This document shows, piece by piece, positions 9,863 to 18,520 of a DNA stretch of 64,000 nucleotides. Within the stretch, counting starts at the first letter, position 1, and each line of letters begins with the position of its first letter. A program made the position numbers and the translations under genes. The stretch is from NCBI GenBank assembly GCA_020352515.1, contig CP070678.1:2345591-2409590 (forward strand). Direction: 5' to 3'. This DNA is from Phycisphaerales bacterium. GTDB taxonomy: Bacteria; Planctomycetota; Phycisphaerae; Sedimentisphaerales; Anaerobacaceae. A model generated the notes under the pieces. It was given only the letters and a program-made list of their open reading frames with translations. It ran no database searches and was not told the origin of the DNA.

Positions 9863-10256
9863 GCTCCGTCGCTCCTGCAGGTAATAGTCTAATTTCACGC
9901 GTCCTCCGGCTCGTTCTCGCCGGAAATGGTCGCCGCGGCGAGTTGGACAGGCCACCAACGGCCTTATTATACCATTTCGGCGGCTTTGGAAGAATTGAAA
10001 AGTCCGTACGAGCCATTGCGCACTCTGCTGAGGCGGTGCCGTCAGTGGCAGGAACGCGGTTTCTTGAGGCTGTGGAATGAGTTCTAATATGATGCCGATG
10101 GGTATTTCAGGCTTGGCGTGTCTGGTGCTGCAGATGTCCGGCTGGAGCGCGATTCGATCGGCTTCTCAGACGCGTGTCCCCCCGGACATTACGCTGATCG
10201 GATTGGGTGGTCAGCCTGGTGGTTGCGCATTTTTTGGGGCGATGGCATTTTTTTGC

Positions 10257-10286
10257 TTGACATGGGCTTTGGGGATTTGGTACATA
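10257..10286 (+). promoter_or_regulatory. Candidate promoter for the 10378 gene
   Basis: TTGACA (10257-10262), an 18-nt spacer, then TACATA (10281-10286). This would give a 5' UTR of ~85 nt. Pattern only. Confidence 0.3.
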
Positions 10287-10377
10287 ACATCTGTATATCA
10301 GGTCGATGCCGGTGTTTCGCCTGATTTCGTGGCAACAAACAGTGACATGCGGTGCACACATTTAAGGAGGAGTAGTT

Positions 10378-11094
10378 ATGAAGAGTCATTTCCTTTTAAT
10401 TATTGCTGCGATTGTGCTGTCGATCGTTCTCTGCGGCGGGGCCCGGGGCGGATTGGTCGGATTGGGAACGATTACGGCAAACGACACGGCAAACAACGAC
10501 GAGCTTCTCAGCCTCACACACGACGGAACCGAGTACGTCGTTGCCGACGGCGACCTTATGCTGGGCACGACTACAAGGTGGTATGTCGATCCGACCAGCG
10601 GCCTGGAGACACACTGGGTCGATGGGGATCCGGCTCCGGCGGCGACGGTCAGCGGGACTTCGAATCCGAAGGTCGGCGACCAGGGCTGGAAGGCCGACGA
10701 CTTCATCTTCAGGCTCGACGGCAGCAATCACATCTCATCGATTGACGGTATTGATTTTCAGGAGACGGTCTTTCCAATGCCGGTGAACGTTGTGTTCCTC
10801 TTCGAGCGAGGCGGCAACGACACCGGCACGTGGCAGGCGATCTTGCCGGATAGTTCACTTGGGGCCCCTATTGTCTTTGACAAGGCCTCCAACGGCGGAC
10901 CTTATGCCGACACGGGAGTCAACGTAGGCGGCCAGAACGCCTTTGGAGTTGCATTCACCAGCGATGTTCCCATCATCGGAGTCCGCATCACGGCTTCGGG
11001 GCACGATACGCTCAGTATTTCGGCGCCGATTCCGGAGCCCGCAACGATGCTGCTGCTTGGCGTAGGCGCCCTGCTGCTTCGCAGGAGAAAATAG
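10378..11094 (+). CDS. PEP-CTERM-anchored secreted protein with an uncharacterised ~190-aa domain
   Basis: AAGGAGG lies 8 nt before the ATG. It has a signal peptide, and the C-terminus IPEPATMLLLGVGALLLRRRK is a canonical PEP-CTERM sorting signal. The core domain is paralogous to the N-terminus of the 16001 gene. Confidence 0.8.
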   Translation: MKSHFLLIIAAIVLSIVLCGGARGGLVGLGTITANDTANNDELLSLTHDGTEYVVADGDLMLGTTTRWYVDPTSGLETHWVDGDPAPAATVSGTSNPKVGDQGWKADDFIFRLDGSNHISSIDGIDFQETVFPMPVNVVFLFERGGNDTGTWQAILPDSSLGAPIVFDKASNGGPYADTGVNVGGQNAFGVAFTSDVPIIGVRITASGHDTLSISAPIPEPATMLLLGVGALLLRRRK

Positions 11095-11117
11095 GATCGC
11101 TACGATTTGACTTTGGA

Positions 11118-11150
11118 GCCGGGAGTATCGAGGTACTCCCGGCTTTTTTT
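11118..11150 (+). terminator. Rho-independent terminator after the PEP-CTERM gene
   Basis: GCCGGGAGTA-tcgagg-TACTCCCGGC forms a perfect 10-bp stem followed by T7 (11144-11150), 24 nt after the stop codon. Confidence 0.75.
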
Positions 11151-11171
11151 ATCCTGCTGCACGGTGGATTC

Positions 11172-11200
11172 TTGACTTTCCCGCTCTCTGCGTATATCCT
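11172..11200 (+). promoter_or_regulatory. Candidate promoter for the prepilin-like gene
   Basis: TTGACT (11172-11177), a 17-nt spacer, then TATCCT (11195-11200). Pattern only. Confidence 0.25.
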
Positions 11201-11263
11201 GACAGTATCGGCGCGGTCAGATGAAATGGTTTGAAATCGTCTCTGTGATACAGGAGCCTGGAT

Positions 11264-11977
11264 ATGCATCGGGATGTCTCCCGAAAGGCCTTTACCCTGA
11301 TAGAGCTGCTCGTTGTAATCGCCATTATCGCCATTCTGATGGCGATCCTTATGCCGGCACTGAACAGGGCCAAGAAGCAGGCCAAGGGTGTCAGATGCTT
11401 GAGCAACCTCAAACAGATTGGCGTCGCCGCCCACCTTTATGCCAATGACTACGACGGCAGGGTGCCTCGCGACGAGACACACGGGTGCTGGCCGATTCTC
11501 TTCATGCCGTTCGTGGGGGAGCGTCAAGATCTGACGGTCCAGTACTTCGAAGTGAGGATTTACAACTGCCCGAGTTATCCTGACAAGGAGCAGACCGTAG
11601 ACTATGCGGTGAACGCCTGGGATTTCGATGCTCCGGATGCCTATCCCGGCAAGGAGCAGCGCGGGGCGACGAAGCTGGATGACTTCCCCCGGCACGGGAC
11701 GACGATTTACATGGCTGACTATGAATACAGCCGCACCGCTTCGCACATCCAGATTGTCCGCAAGGGTGACACGCTGGCGCAGCTCAAGGACAAGTTCAGG
11801 TGGCTGGACGTGTGGCATCGGAATCACCTTCCCAGCTCGGACGTGACGCCTCGAATTGCAAAGGATCGTCACGACGGCCGCACGAATTGTCTGTTTGTGG
11901 ACGGCCATTCCGGCAAGATAGATGCCATGAAGATTACGCCCTGGCACATGGGTGTGCCTGCGTCCAAGATCCCTTAA
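11264..11977 (+). CDS. Prepilin-type N-terminal cleavage/methylation protein with a C-terminal H-X9-DG motif (DUF1559-like)
   Basis: [25 protein letters not shown] is a class III (type IV pilin-like) signal. The C-terminus [14 protein letters not shown] fits H-X9-DG exactly. Confidence 0.85.
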   Translation: MHRDVSRKAFTLIELLVVIAIIAILMAILMPALNRAKKQAKGVRCLSNLKQIGVAAHLYANDYDGRVPRDETHGCWPILFMPFVGERQDLTVQYFEVRIYNCPSYPDKEQTVDYAVNAWDFDAPDAYPGKEQRGATKLDDFPRHGTTIYMADYEYSRTASHIQIVRKGDTLAQLKDKFRWLDVWHRNHLPSSDVTPRIAKDRHDGRTNCLFVDGHSGKIDAMKITPWHMGVPASKIP

Positions 11978-12121
11978 TCTCCCCCCGGGTACGGGCGAGA
12001 TTCGTCCGGCAGAGGACCCTTCAGTGCGCCTTTGGCATTGACGTGTACGGGGTAAATCTGGTATGATAAATATGTTTTTCGGGCATCTGGTGCGATCCAT
12101 GAAGGAGGCCGGTTTGTCGTT

Positions 12122-15100
12122 TTGGCTCTTCTTCCGCTGTTGATGATTCAGCAATCGAGTGTCAAGGGGCCGTCCGTGAAAGACGTTTGTAGAGGGGTGG
12201 CTTTTTTCATCGTCGTGATTGTGGCTTCGGCCGGCGGCTATGCGCCGGCGATGTGCCCCATGGCCGACCTTGACGGCAACTGCGAGGTGGGGCTTGGTGA
12301 CTTGGTTGTCTTCAGCGAGCAGTGGCTTGCGCCTGTGCCGGGGCCGGCCGATCTGACGGGCGACGAAGAGGTCGACATACACGATTTTGCGATTCTGGCC
12401 GGCAACTGGGGCAGGTTCAATCTGCCGCTGGTTATCAATGAGGTCATGGCCTCGAATACCAGCACCGTGATGGACCCTCAGAACCAGTACGACGACTGGA
12501 TCGAACTCTATAACGCCGGTGTGCACGCCATCGACGTGGGGGGGATGTATCTTACGGACAAGCCCGGTAATCCGACGAGGTGGATGATCCCCGATGACCG
12601 CGGTTCGGCAACCGTTCTCGCCGGCGGACACCATCTGCTGATATGGATCGACGACGACGAGCAGGATACGGGGCTCCATGCAAGTTTCAAGCTTGACGCC
12701 GACGGTGACGATATCCTGCTGTTCGACAGGGACCGGACCACCCTGATAGACGGTTTCAGTTTCATCGATCAGCGGTCCGATATCTCATACGGTCGCTATC
12801 CCGACGGGGACCGTAATCTCCGCTATATGGCCAGCCCGACACCCAACAAGCCCAACGAGGGCGGTTATGCCGCCAATGTCGCCGACACCAAGTTCAGCCA
12901 CAATCGCGGTTTCTACGAAGCTGGTTTTACACTGGATATTACGACCGCCACGTACGGGGCGACGATTCGATATACCACCGACGGCACGGCGCCGACGCCT
13001 TCGAAGGGACAGATATACAGCGGGGGGATTTGGATCGACAGGACCACGTGCATACGGGCGATTGCGTACAAACCGGGCCTGCTGGCGACAAATGTCGATA
13101 CTCATACGTACATCTTTCCGCAGGATGTGGCCACTCAGCCTGCCGAAATCCCTGGATATCCGAATCCGTGGACCTGGCTCGGCAGCAACAAGTACGCTTA
13201 CCATGATTACGAAATGGACCCTGTCGTCGTGAACGATCCGGCTTACAGCTCGATGGCGGCCGATTCGCTGAAGGCGATTCCCACAATGAGCCTGGTGACA
13301 GGCCGAGCGGCGATGCACACATACTACTGGGGTTCGGGCGAGAGTCCGGCGTCGATCGAGTTGATTTATTCGGACGATCCGAATTCCAGTGTACAGGCCG
13401 AGTGCGGCGTGGAGCCCCACAGTCACGATCGTCTCAAGCGCTCGCTGAGATTGAACTTCCGGGCGGCGTATGGTGATTCGAAATTCCGCTCGGATATCTT
13501 CGAACGGGCGCCGCTGAACGGAGATTCGGCCGGCGACTCGATTAACAAGATCGTGCTCCGCGGCGGAAACAACAGATCGTGGGCAAGAGTGTGGAACCCC
13601 GACAAAACCACCTACACGATGGATCAGTGGTTTCGCGATACGCAGATCGCAATGTCCGGCGTGGGGTCGCATGGGACGTTTGTCCATCTCTACATCAACG
13701 GAATCTATTGGGGACTATACAATCCCATCGAGCGGCCGGATGCGGCGTTTGCGGCGATGTACCTGGGAGGCGAGGACGGGGATTACTATTCGGTAAGCCA
13801 CGGCGGATCGCACAGCGACGACGCGAGCCGGTTCAATTATCTGAAAAGCACGCTCGTCAAAAAGAACATGTCTGATCCGGCCAATTATACCGAGATGAAG
13901 GAGTTCCTCAATCTCGATAGCTACATCGACTATCTGCTGCTGAGCTGGTTCGGCGGGGTCGGCGATTGGCCGGGCAATAACTGGTGGGGGGCCAACCGCA
14001 ACGATCCGCCCGAGCCGTTCGAGTATTTTCTGTGGGACGCCGAGTGGTCGTGGGAAACGACCCGCGGGCACAACAACGGCTGGGTAGCGCCCGACTTTCG
14101 CAGCAACAGGACCGGTGGGCCGACGATTGCGGCGATCTGGCACAGCCTGCGGGTTAATGACGATTTCATGATGCTGTTTGCCGACAGGGCCTATAAGCAC
14201 CTCTTCAATGACGGAGTACTCACGGACGAGAATTGTATCGAGCGGTATTTGACGCTGAACGATTTTATCCGCGATGCGATTGTCGCCGAGTCGGCCCGGT
14301 GGGGCGATTCGCTGATAACGGTCGGGCATCCGAGAAGAACCAGAAACATCCACTGGGCCGCCGCCGAAGCCGAGACCGTCGGGCCCGGATTCATGGCCGA
14401 CAACGTGGCAAGGTTCGTTGATGCCCTCAGAAATGAGGGGTACTACCCTGATGTAGACCCTCCTGTCTTCAACACGCGCGGCGGTCCGGTCGCCACTGAT
14501 TTTCAAATGACGTTAGCCAATCCGAATTCATCGGGCATCATATATTATAACCCGGATGGTGTTGATCCTCGCGCGTCATCAGCGCCTCAGCAGGGCGAGA
14601 GTCTCACACTGGTCAAGGAGAGCGACTTCAAGAAAGTCCTGGTGCCGTCGAGCCATATAGACGAGAGCTGGCGGGGAGGTGGGGACTTCGACGATTCGGA
14701 CTGGATCGAGTCATTGGGCGGCCCCGGCGGAGTCGGCTACGAAGTCGGCGACGGCGACTACGGGGATTTCCTGAGTGTCGATCTCAGGGATCAGATGTAC
14801 AGGGTGCACAGCACGTGCTACATCCGGATACCGTTTGAGTTTGACGACGATCCCTCCCGGTACGACACACTGCTGCTGAACGTTCGCTACGATGATGCCT
14901 TTGTGGCGTGGCTCAACGGCCAAGAGATCGGCCGTGAGAACTTCGACCAGACCGAGCATCCCGACTGGGATTCGGATGGGACCGACAGCCACCCCGACGA
15001 CGAGGCCAAGACGCTTGTCGCTTTTGACGTCACCGACCATATCGGCTCACTCAGGCGAGGGGGCAACATACTGGCGATCCACGGGATGAACAACGGTAAC

Positions 15101-15772
15101 GGCAGCAGCGACCTGCTGATCTCGGTGGAGCTGGAGATCAAGAAGGCTGCGACGTCCGGCGGGGCTGTTTCGGGCAGTGCGATTGAGTACTCTTACCCGG
15201 TGGCTCTCGGTCGCAGCAGCCATGTCAAAGCCCGCGTGGTCAAGAGCGGCCGGTGGAGTGCTCTGAACGAGGCGAGATTCTCGGTCGGGCCGGTGGCCGA
15301 GAGTCTTCGGATCACCGAGATCATGTACCACCCGCAGGATACCGGCAATCCGCAAGACCCAAATACCGAGTTTATCGAGTTGAAAAATATCGGCTCGCAG
15401 ACCGTCAACCTGAACCTCGTAGGCCTGGACAAGGGTGTAGACTTCGTATTCGGTGACACGGAGGTCCCGCCCGGCGGCTTTGTGCTGATAGTACAGGATC
15501 GAACGGCATTCGAGGCCAGGTACGGCTACGGGCTGAACGTTGTCGCGGAGTATGCTGGCAGGCTGGACAACGGGGGCGAGAAGCTTCGGCTGCTCGACGC
15601 AGCCGGTCAACTAATACATGAGTTCCGGTATGAAGACGACTGGTATCCCGGCACGGACGGGCGTGGGTATTCGCTGACGATTGTCGACCCCGTCGGGACG
15701 CCCGCCGAGAATTGGGGCGATATCGGCGCCTGGAGGCAAAGCGCCACGCCGGGAGGATCGCCCGGTACATGA
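12122..15772 (+). CDS. Secreted CotH-kinase-family protein with N- and C-terminal lamin-tail domains
   Basis: The start is uncertain (TTG at 12122 or ATG at 12143). N-terminus: two dockerin-like loops (DLDGNCEVGLGDLVVFSEQWL; DLTGDEEVDIHDFAILAGNWG). Lamin-tail domains: LVINEVMASN...DDWIELYNAG..IDVGGMYLTD and LRITEIMYHP...EFIELKNIG. Chitobiase-C-like: FSHNRGFYEAGFTLDITT..IRYTTDGTAPT. CotH core: FVHLYINGIYWGLYNPIERPD. Confidence 0.8.
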   Translation: MALLPLLMIQQSSVKGPSVKDVCRGVAFFIVVIVASAGGYAPAMCPMADLDGNCEVGLGDLVVFSEQWLAPVPGPADLTGDEEVDIHDFAILAGNWGRFNLPLVINEVMASNTSTVMDPQNQYDDWIELYNAGVHAIDVGGMYLTDKPGNPTRWMIPDDRGSATVLAGGHHLLIWIDDDEQDTGLHASFKLDADGDDILLFDRDRTTLIDGFSFIDQRSDISYGRYPDGDRNLRYMASPTPNKPNEGGYAANVADTKFSHNRGFYEAGFTLDITTATYGATIRYTTDGTAPTPSKGQIYSGGIWIDRTTCIRAIAYKPGLLATNVDTHTYIFPQDVATQPAEIPGYPNPWTWLGSNKYAYHDYEMDPVVVNDPAYSSMAADSLKAIPTMSLVTGRAAMHTYYWGSGESPASIELIYSDDPNSSVQAECGVEPHSHDRLKRSLRLNFRAAYGDSKFRSDIFERAPLNGDSAGDSINKIVLRGGNNRSWARVWNPDKTTYTMDQWFRDTQIAMSGVGSHGTFVHLYINGIYWGLYNPIERPDAAFAAMYLGGEDGDYYSVSHGGSHSDDASRFNYLKSTLVKKNMSDPANYTEMKEFLNLDSYIDYLLLSWFGGVGDWPGNNWWGANRNDPPEPFEYFLWDAEWSWETTRGHNNGWVAPDFRSNRTGGPTIAAIWHSLRVNDDFMMLFADRAYKHLFNDGVLTDENCIERYLTLNDFIRDAIVAESARWGDSLITVGHPRRTRNIHWAAAEAETVGPGFMADNVARFVDALRNEGYYPDVDPPVFNTRGGPVATDFQMTLANPNSSGIIYYNPDGVDPRASSAPQQGESLTLVKESDFKKVLVPSSHIDESWRGGGDFDDSDWIESLGGPGGVGYEVGDGDYGDFLSVDLRDQMYRVHSTCYIRIPFEFDDDPSRYDTLLLNVRYDDAFVAWLNGQEIGRENFDQTEHPDWDSDGTDSHPDDEAKTLVAFDVTDHIGSLRRGGNILAIHGMNNGNGSSDLLISVELEIKKAATSGGAVSGSAIEYSYPVALGRSSHVKARVVKSGRWSALNEARFSVGPVAESLRITEIMYHPQDTGNPQDPNTEFIELKNIGSQTVNLNLVGLDKGVDFVFGDTEVPPGGFVLIVQDRTAFEARYGYGLNVVAEYAGRLDNGGEKLRLLDAAGQLIHEFRYEDDWYPGTDGRGYSLTIVDPVGTPAENWGDIGAWRQSATPGGSPGT

Positions 15773-15877
15773 CCGTCTCTCTTACATCAGATACAGATTC
15801 CTTCGCCCTTAAGTTACGGTTCTTGGCGACAAACCTCGACCGCCCCGTCGGCCGTCGGCAGAATCAAGGACTTAGGC

Positions 15878-15907
15878 TTGACAGACCATCGTAAACATTT
15901 GTAATAT
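15878..15907 (+). promoter_or_regulatory. Candidate promoter for the 16001 gene
   Basis: TTGACA (15878-15883), an 18-nt spacer, then TAATAT (15902-15907). This is the same architecture as upstream of the paralogue at 10378. Confidence 0.4.
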
Positions 15908-16000
15908 GGCTGGTGTAGCAGACTCACTTTGTTGATCCGAATTGTACACGGGAGGTGTGGGTAACCGTATTTAATTTCATTTCTCACAGGAGGTATAGTC

Positions 16001-17854
16001 ATGAAGAGACACTCTCTCGCAACGACGGCGCCATTCGTGCTGGTTTCTGTCGTGTTGTGCAGCATTGCTGCCGCCGATCAGCTCGCAGGACTGCCGGACG
16101 TAGTCATGGGCATCGTCGACGGCAATGAGGCGATGATCAGCCTTAAATACGGGGGGACCACTTATGTCGTGGCAAATGACGATCTGGCCACGGGCACAAC
16201 GACGCGCTGGTATATCGATCCGACCAGCGGCCTGGAGACACATTGGGTCGACGGCACGGCAGCTCCGGCCGCCACGGTGGCAGGGACATCCAATCCCAAG
16301 GTCGGCGACCAGGGCTGGAAAGCCGACAACTACACGTTCAGGGTGCCGAGCTGGTCTAATGATATCTGCTCGATTGACGGGATCGATTTTTTGGAAACCG
16401 TCTTTCCCTTCAATACAGATACGATTTTCATACTGGAGCGAGGCGGCAACGACACGGGCACGATTCAGGCGATTCGTCCGGACAACACTCTGGGGCCGGC
16501 GATTTCGATTTCACCAAACAATCCGTTCGCCGACACCGGCATAAATGTGGGCGGGCAGCAAGCGTTCGGCCTCGTCTTAACCACTGACAGCCCGGTCAAG
16601 GGCCTGCGGGTCACCGCTTCAGGATTTGACGCGCTTATCATCTGTGCCCCCAAACGCGCCCTGGCCACCCAGGCGCACGACCCCAACCCGGCTAACGGCG
16701 AGAAGGGCGTTGTCGTGGCCGGCGCGACTTTGAGCTGGAAGACAGGTGTGAATCCGGCCGACCCAAACCAGCCCAACCCCGCAATCACGGGGCATAATCT
16801 CTGGCTTAGTATTGCGTACGACCCCCTGAACCCGCCGGCCGCTCCGGACTGGGAGGACCCCGGTGTTCTTATAGTTCCGCTGGGCTCCGATGTCGATCCG
16901 GCCGATGGAAGCGTCGACCCCAATGCCTCATACAGTCCGACCCTCAAGAAGGACTCTTTGTACTACTGGATAGTGGACGAGAGTCTCGGCGCCGCTCACG
17001 TCAAGGATTGGGACAACATCATAATCGGAGACGTCTGGACCTTCGAGACCGAGACCTCCGGGCCCGAAGTGGACGCAGGCGACAGTATCGTGACCTGGCT
17101 CAAGGCGGGCACGACGACGGTTGAGCTAAATGGAACGGTCGAAGACTCAACGGGTGACGTGTCCGTCATTCAGTGGTCGGTCCTGACGAGTCCGTTTGGT
17201 GCCACTGCCTATATCGCCAATCCCGCAGCAGCGGCGACCACGGCTACACTCACCGAGACGGGCACCTACGTGCTGCAGCTCTACGCCAAAGATGCAACCC
17301 TCAAGGAAGACGACGACGCCATCGAAATCAAGGTCTATGCCGATAGCTGCGAGGCCGCCAAGAACGGCCCCAACGCCTACACGGCCCCCGAGTTTGATTT
17401 CAACGACGACTGCAAGGAGGACTTCCTGGACTTCGCGCTCTTTGCGCAAAAATGGCTCGAGGATGCGGCTCTCACCGAAGACAAACGTTACGACGCCGGT
17501 CCGATCAGCGTGCCGTTCGTGCAGTTTACCAATCCTGCGAACGGGAGCGTTGTCTCGGGTGAGATTATTATCAATGCGATAGCCTACGATCCGGCCGTGG
17601 GTACAAACGACGGCGATGGCATGGAGGGAGCGGGCATTGTGCGCTTTGAGATCTTCGACAGCACAAACGCGGTCGTCGGCACCCAGAATGAGAACCTGGC
17701 CACGTTTGATATGACCTGGGACACGGCGGCAGTCGATGCAGGTACCTCGCTGCCGGTCTATCCCAATGGTGTGTACAGGATCAGAGTAACCGCTGAATCC
17801 GACGCAGGCTACGTGGTCATAAAGGAAATCTCGGTTACGGTCAACAACGCCTGA
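16001..17854 (+). CDS. Secreted multidomain protein: uncharacterised ~190-aa domain, Fn3/PKD-like repeats, a dockerin-like loop and an Ig-like tail
   Basis: AGGAGG lies 7 nt before the ATG, and there is a signal peptide. Residues ~25-215 are ~60% identical to the 10378 product (TTRWYIDPTSGLETHWVDG, NPKVGDQGWKAD, ERGGNDTG). EFDFNDDCKEDFLDFALFAQKWLED is a dockerin-like loop. Confidence 0.75.
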   Translation: MKRHSLATTAPFVLVSVVLCSIAAADQLAGLPDVVMGIVDGNEAMISLKYGGTTYVVANDDLATGTTTRWYIDPTSGLETHWVDGTAAPAATVAGTSNPKVGDQGWKADNYTFRVPSWSNDICSIDGIDFLETVFPFNTDTIFILERGGNDTGTIQAIRPDNTLGPAISISPNNPFADTGINVGGQQAFGLVLTTDSPVKGLRVTASGFDALIICAPKRALATQAHDPNPANGEKGVVVAGATLSWKTGVNPADPNQPNPAITGHNLWLSIAYDPLNPPAAPDWEDPGVLIVPLGSDVDPADGSVDPNASYSPTLKKDSLYYWIVDESLGAAHVKDWDNIIIGDVWTFETETSGPEVDAGDSIVTWLKAGTTTVELNGTVEDSTGDVSVIQWSVLTSPFGATAYIANPAAAATTATLTETGTYVLQLYAKDATLKEDDDAIEIKVYADSCEAAKNGPNAYTAPEFDFNDDCKEDFLDFALFAQKWLEDAALTEDKRYDAGPISVPFVQFTNPANGSVVSGEIIINAIAYDPAVGTNDGDGMEGAGIVRFEIFDSTNAVVGTQNENLATFDMTWDTAAVDAGTSLPVYPNGVYRIRVTAESDAGYVVIKEISVTVNNA

Positions 17855-17901
17855 CCGCAGGTGATCGACCGAAGCCCGATTGCAGTTTTTCGGCAGAATT
17901 C

Positions 17902-17940
17902 AAGGGCGGTGTTGCGCCGTGATGCGGAGCGCCGCCCTTT
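17902..17940 (+). terminator. Possible intrinsic terminator after the 16001-17854 gene
   Basis: AAGGGCGG...CCGCCCTT forms an outer stem with further inner pairs (imperfect, ~15 bp), followed only by TTT. It lies 48 nt after the stop codon. Confidence 0.4.
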
Positions 17941-18168
17941 CCCGTTTCAAAGACGACGTGTCGCCGCCAAGCGGTGACGGGGCCGTGGTGCGGCTGAATT
18001 CGGCGCGAAATCCGTTTCACAGGATCTAACGTGTTGAACAGACGCGGGGCAAAGTCGGTGTGAACAGTCTTGGACTCTCAATATGAAAGCAGCGGAACTC
18101 TCCGGGGAATTGCAGTGTGGCATACACATTTTTGAAGGGGTCAATCCGAGCCGACAATTTGCGACAGA

Positions 18169-18215
18169 TGCCCTGCCCCGGTTTTATGTACCAGCCTCTA
18201 CGAGAGGATTAGACT
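18169..18215 (+). repeat. 47-bp repeat copy A; putative IS3/IS407-like terminal inverted repeat
   Basis: TGCCCTGCCCCGGTTTTATGTACCAGCCTCTACGAGAGGATTAGACT matches 43801-47 at 43 of 47 positions in the same orientation. It starts with TG, like IS3-family ends. The adjacent 18216-18440 minus strand reads like a decayed integrase C-terminus. Confidence 0.5.
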
Positions 18216-18457
18216 CTTTTGACTGACCCGCCCCCCAATTCTCGGTCCATTCTTGGTGAGACTCTTTTTCGTCCTGACCCACCGGACACGCGAGACTGAT
18301 TGCCGACATTGTTGCGGGCTCATATAGCCGTCGTTGAAGAATACGTACACGGAATTCTATAAGTCCTTTGCGGACCGCACCCCTGCTGAGAGAACCAAGC
18401 GAAAGACCCTTGCCCCTGCTTGGAGCCACCTATCAGTCACAAACCTGCTCGGCGCAC

Positions 18458-18489
18458 AAAAAGGGCTGCAAGTTCATCGCTTGCAGCCC
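18458..18489 (-). terminator. Rho-independent terminator of the giant subtilase gene
   Basis: The minus strand reads GGGCTGCAAG-cgatgaa-CTTGCAGCCC (a perfect 10-bp stem) followed by TTTTT, 32 nt after the stop at 18521. Confidence 0.7.
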
Positions 18490-18520
18490 CGCACGCCAGA
18501 AGGCGAAGCTGGAGAGCATG

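Noticed and set aside
11012-12679. A 555-aa minus-strand ORF spanning the prepilin-like gene and the start of the CotH gene
   Set aside because: It lies antisense to two genes with clear family motifs. Its product is Arg/Pro/His/Gly-rich with no recognisable motif, which is typical of open antisense frames in GC-rich DNA.
18169-18215. Possible tRNA 3' half or att site in the 47-bp repeat (minus strand AGAG-TCTAATC-CTCT looks like a T-arm)
   Set aside because: The loop lacks the T-psi-C consensus (TTCRANY). No acceptor stem or CCA context and no D or anticodon arms can be drawn. The TG…terminus and the adjacent integrase-like fragments fit an IS end better.
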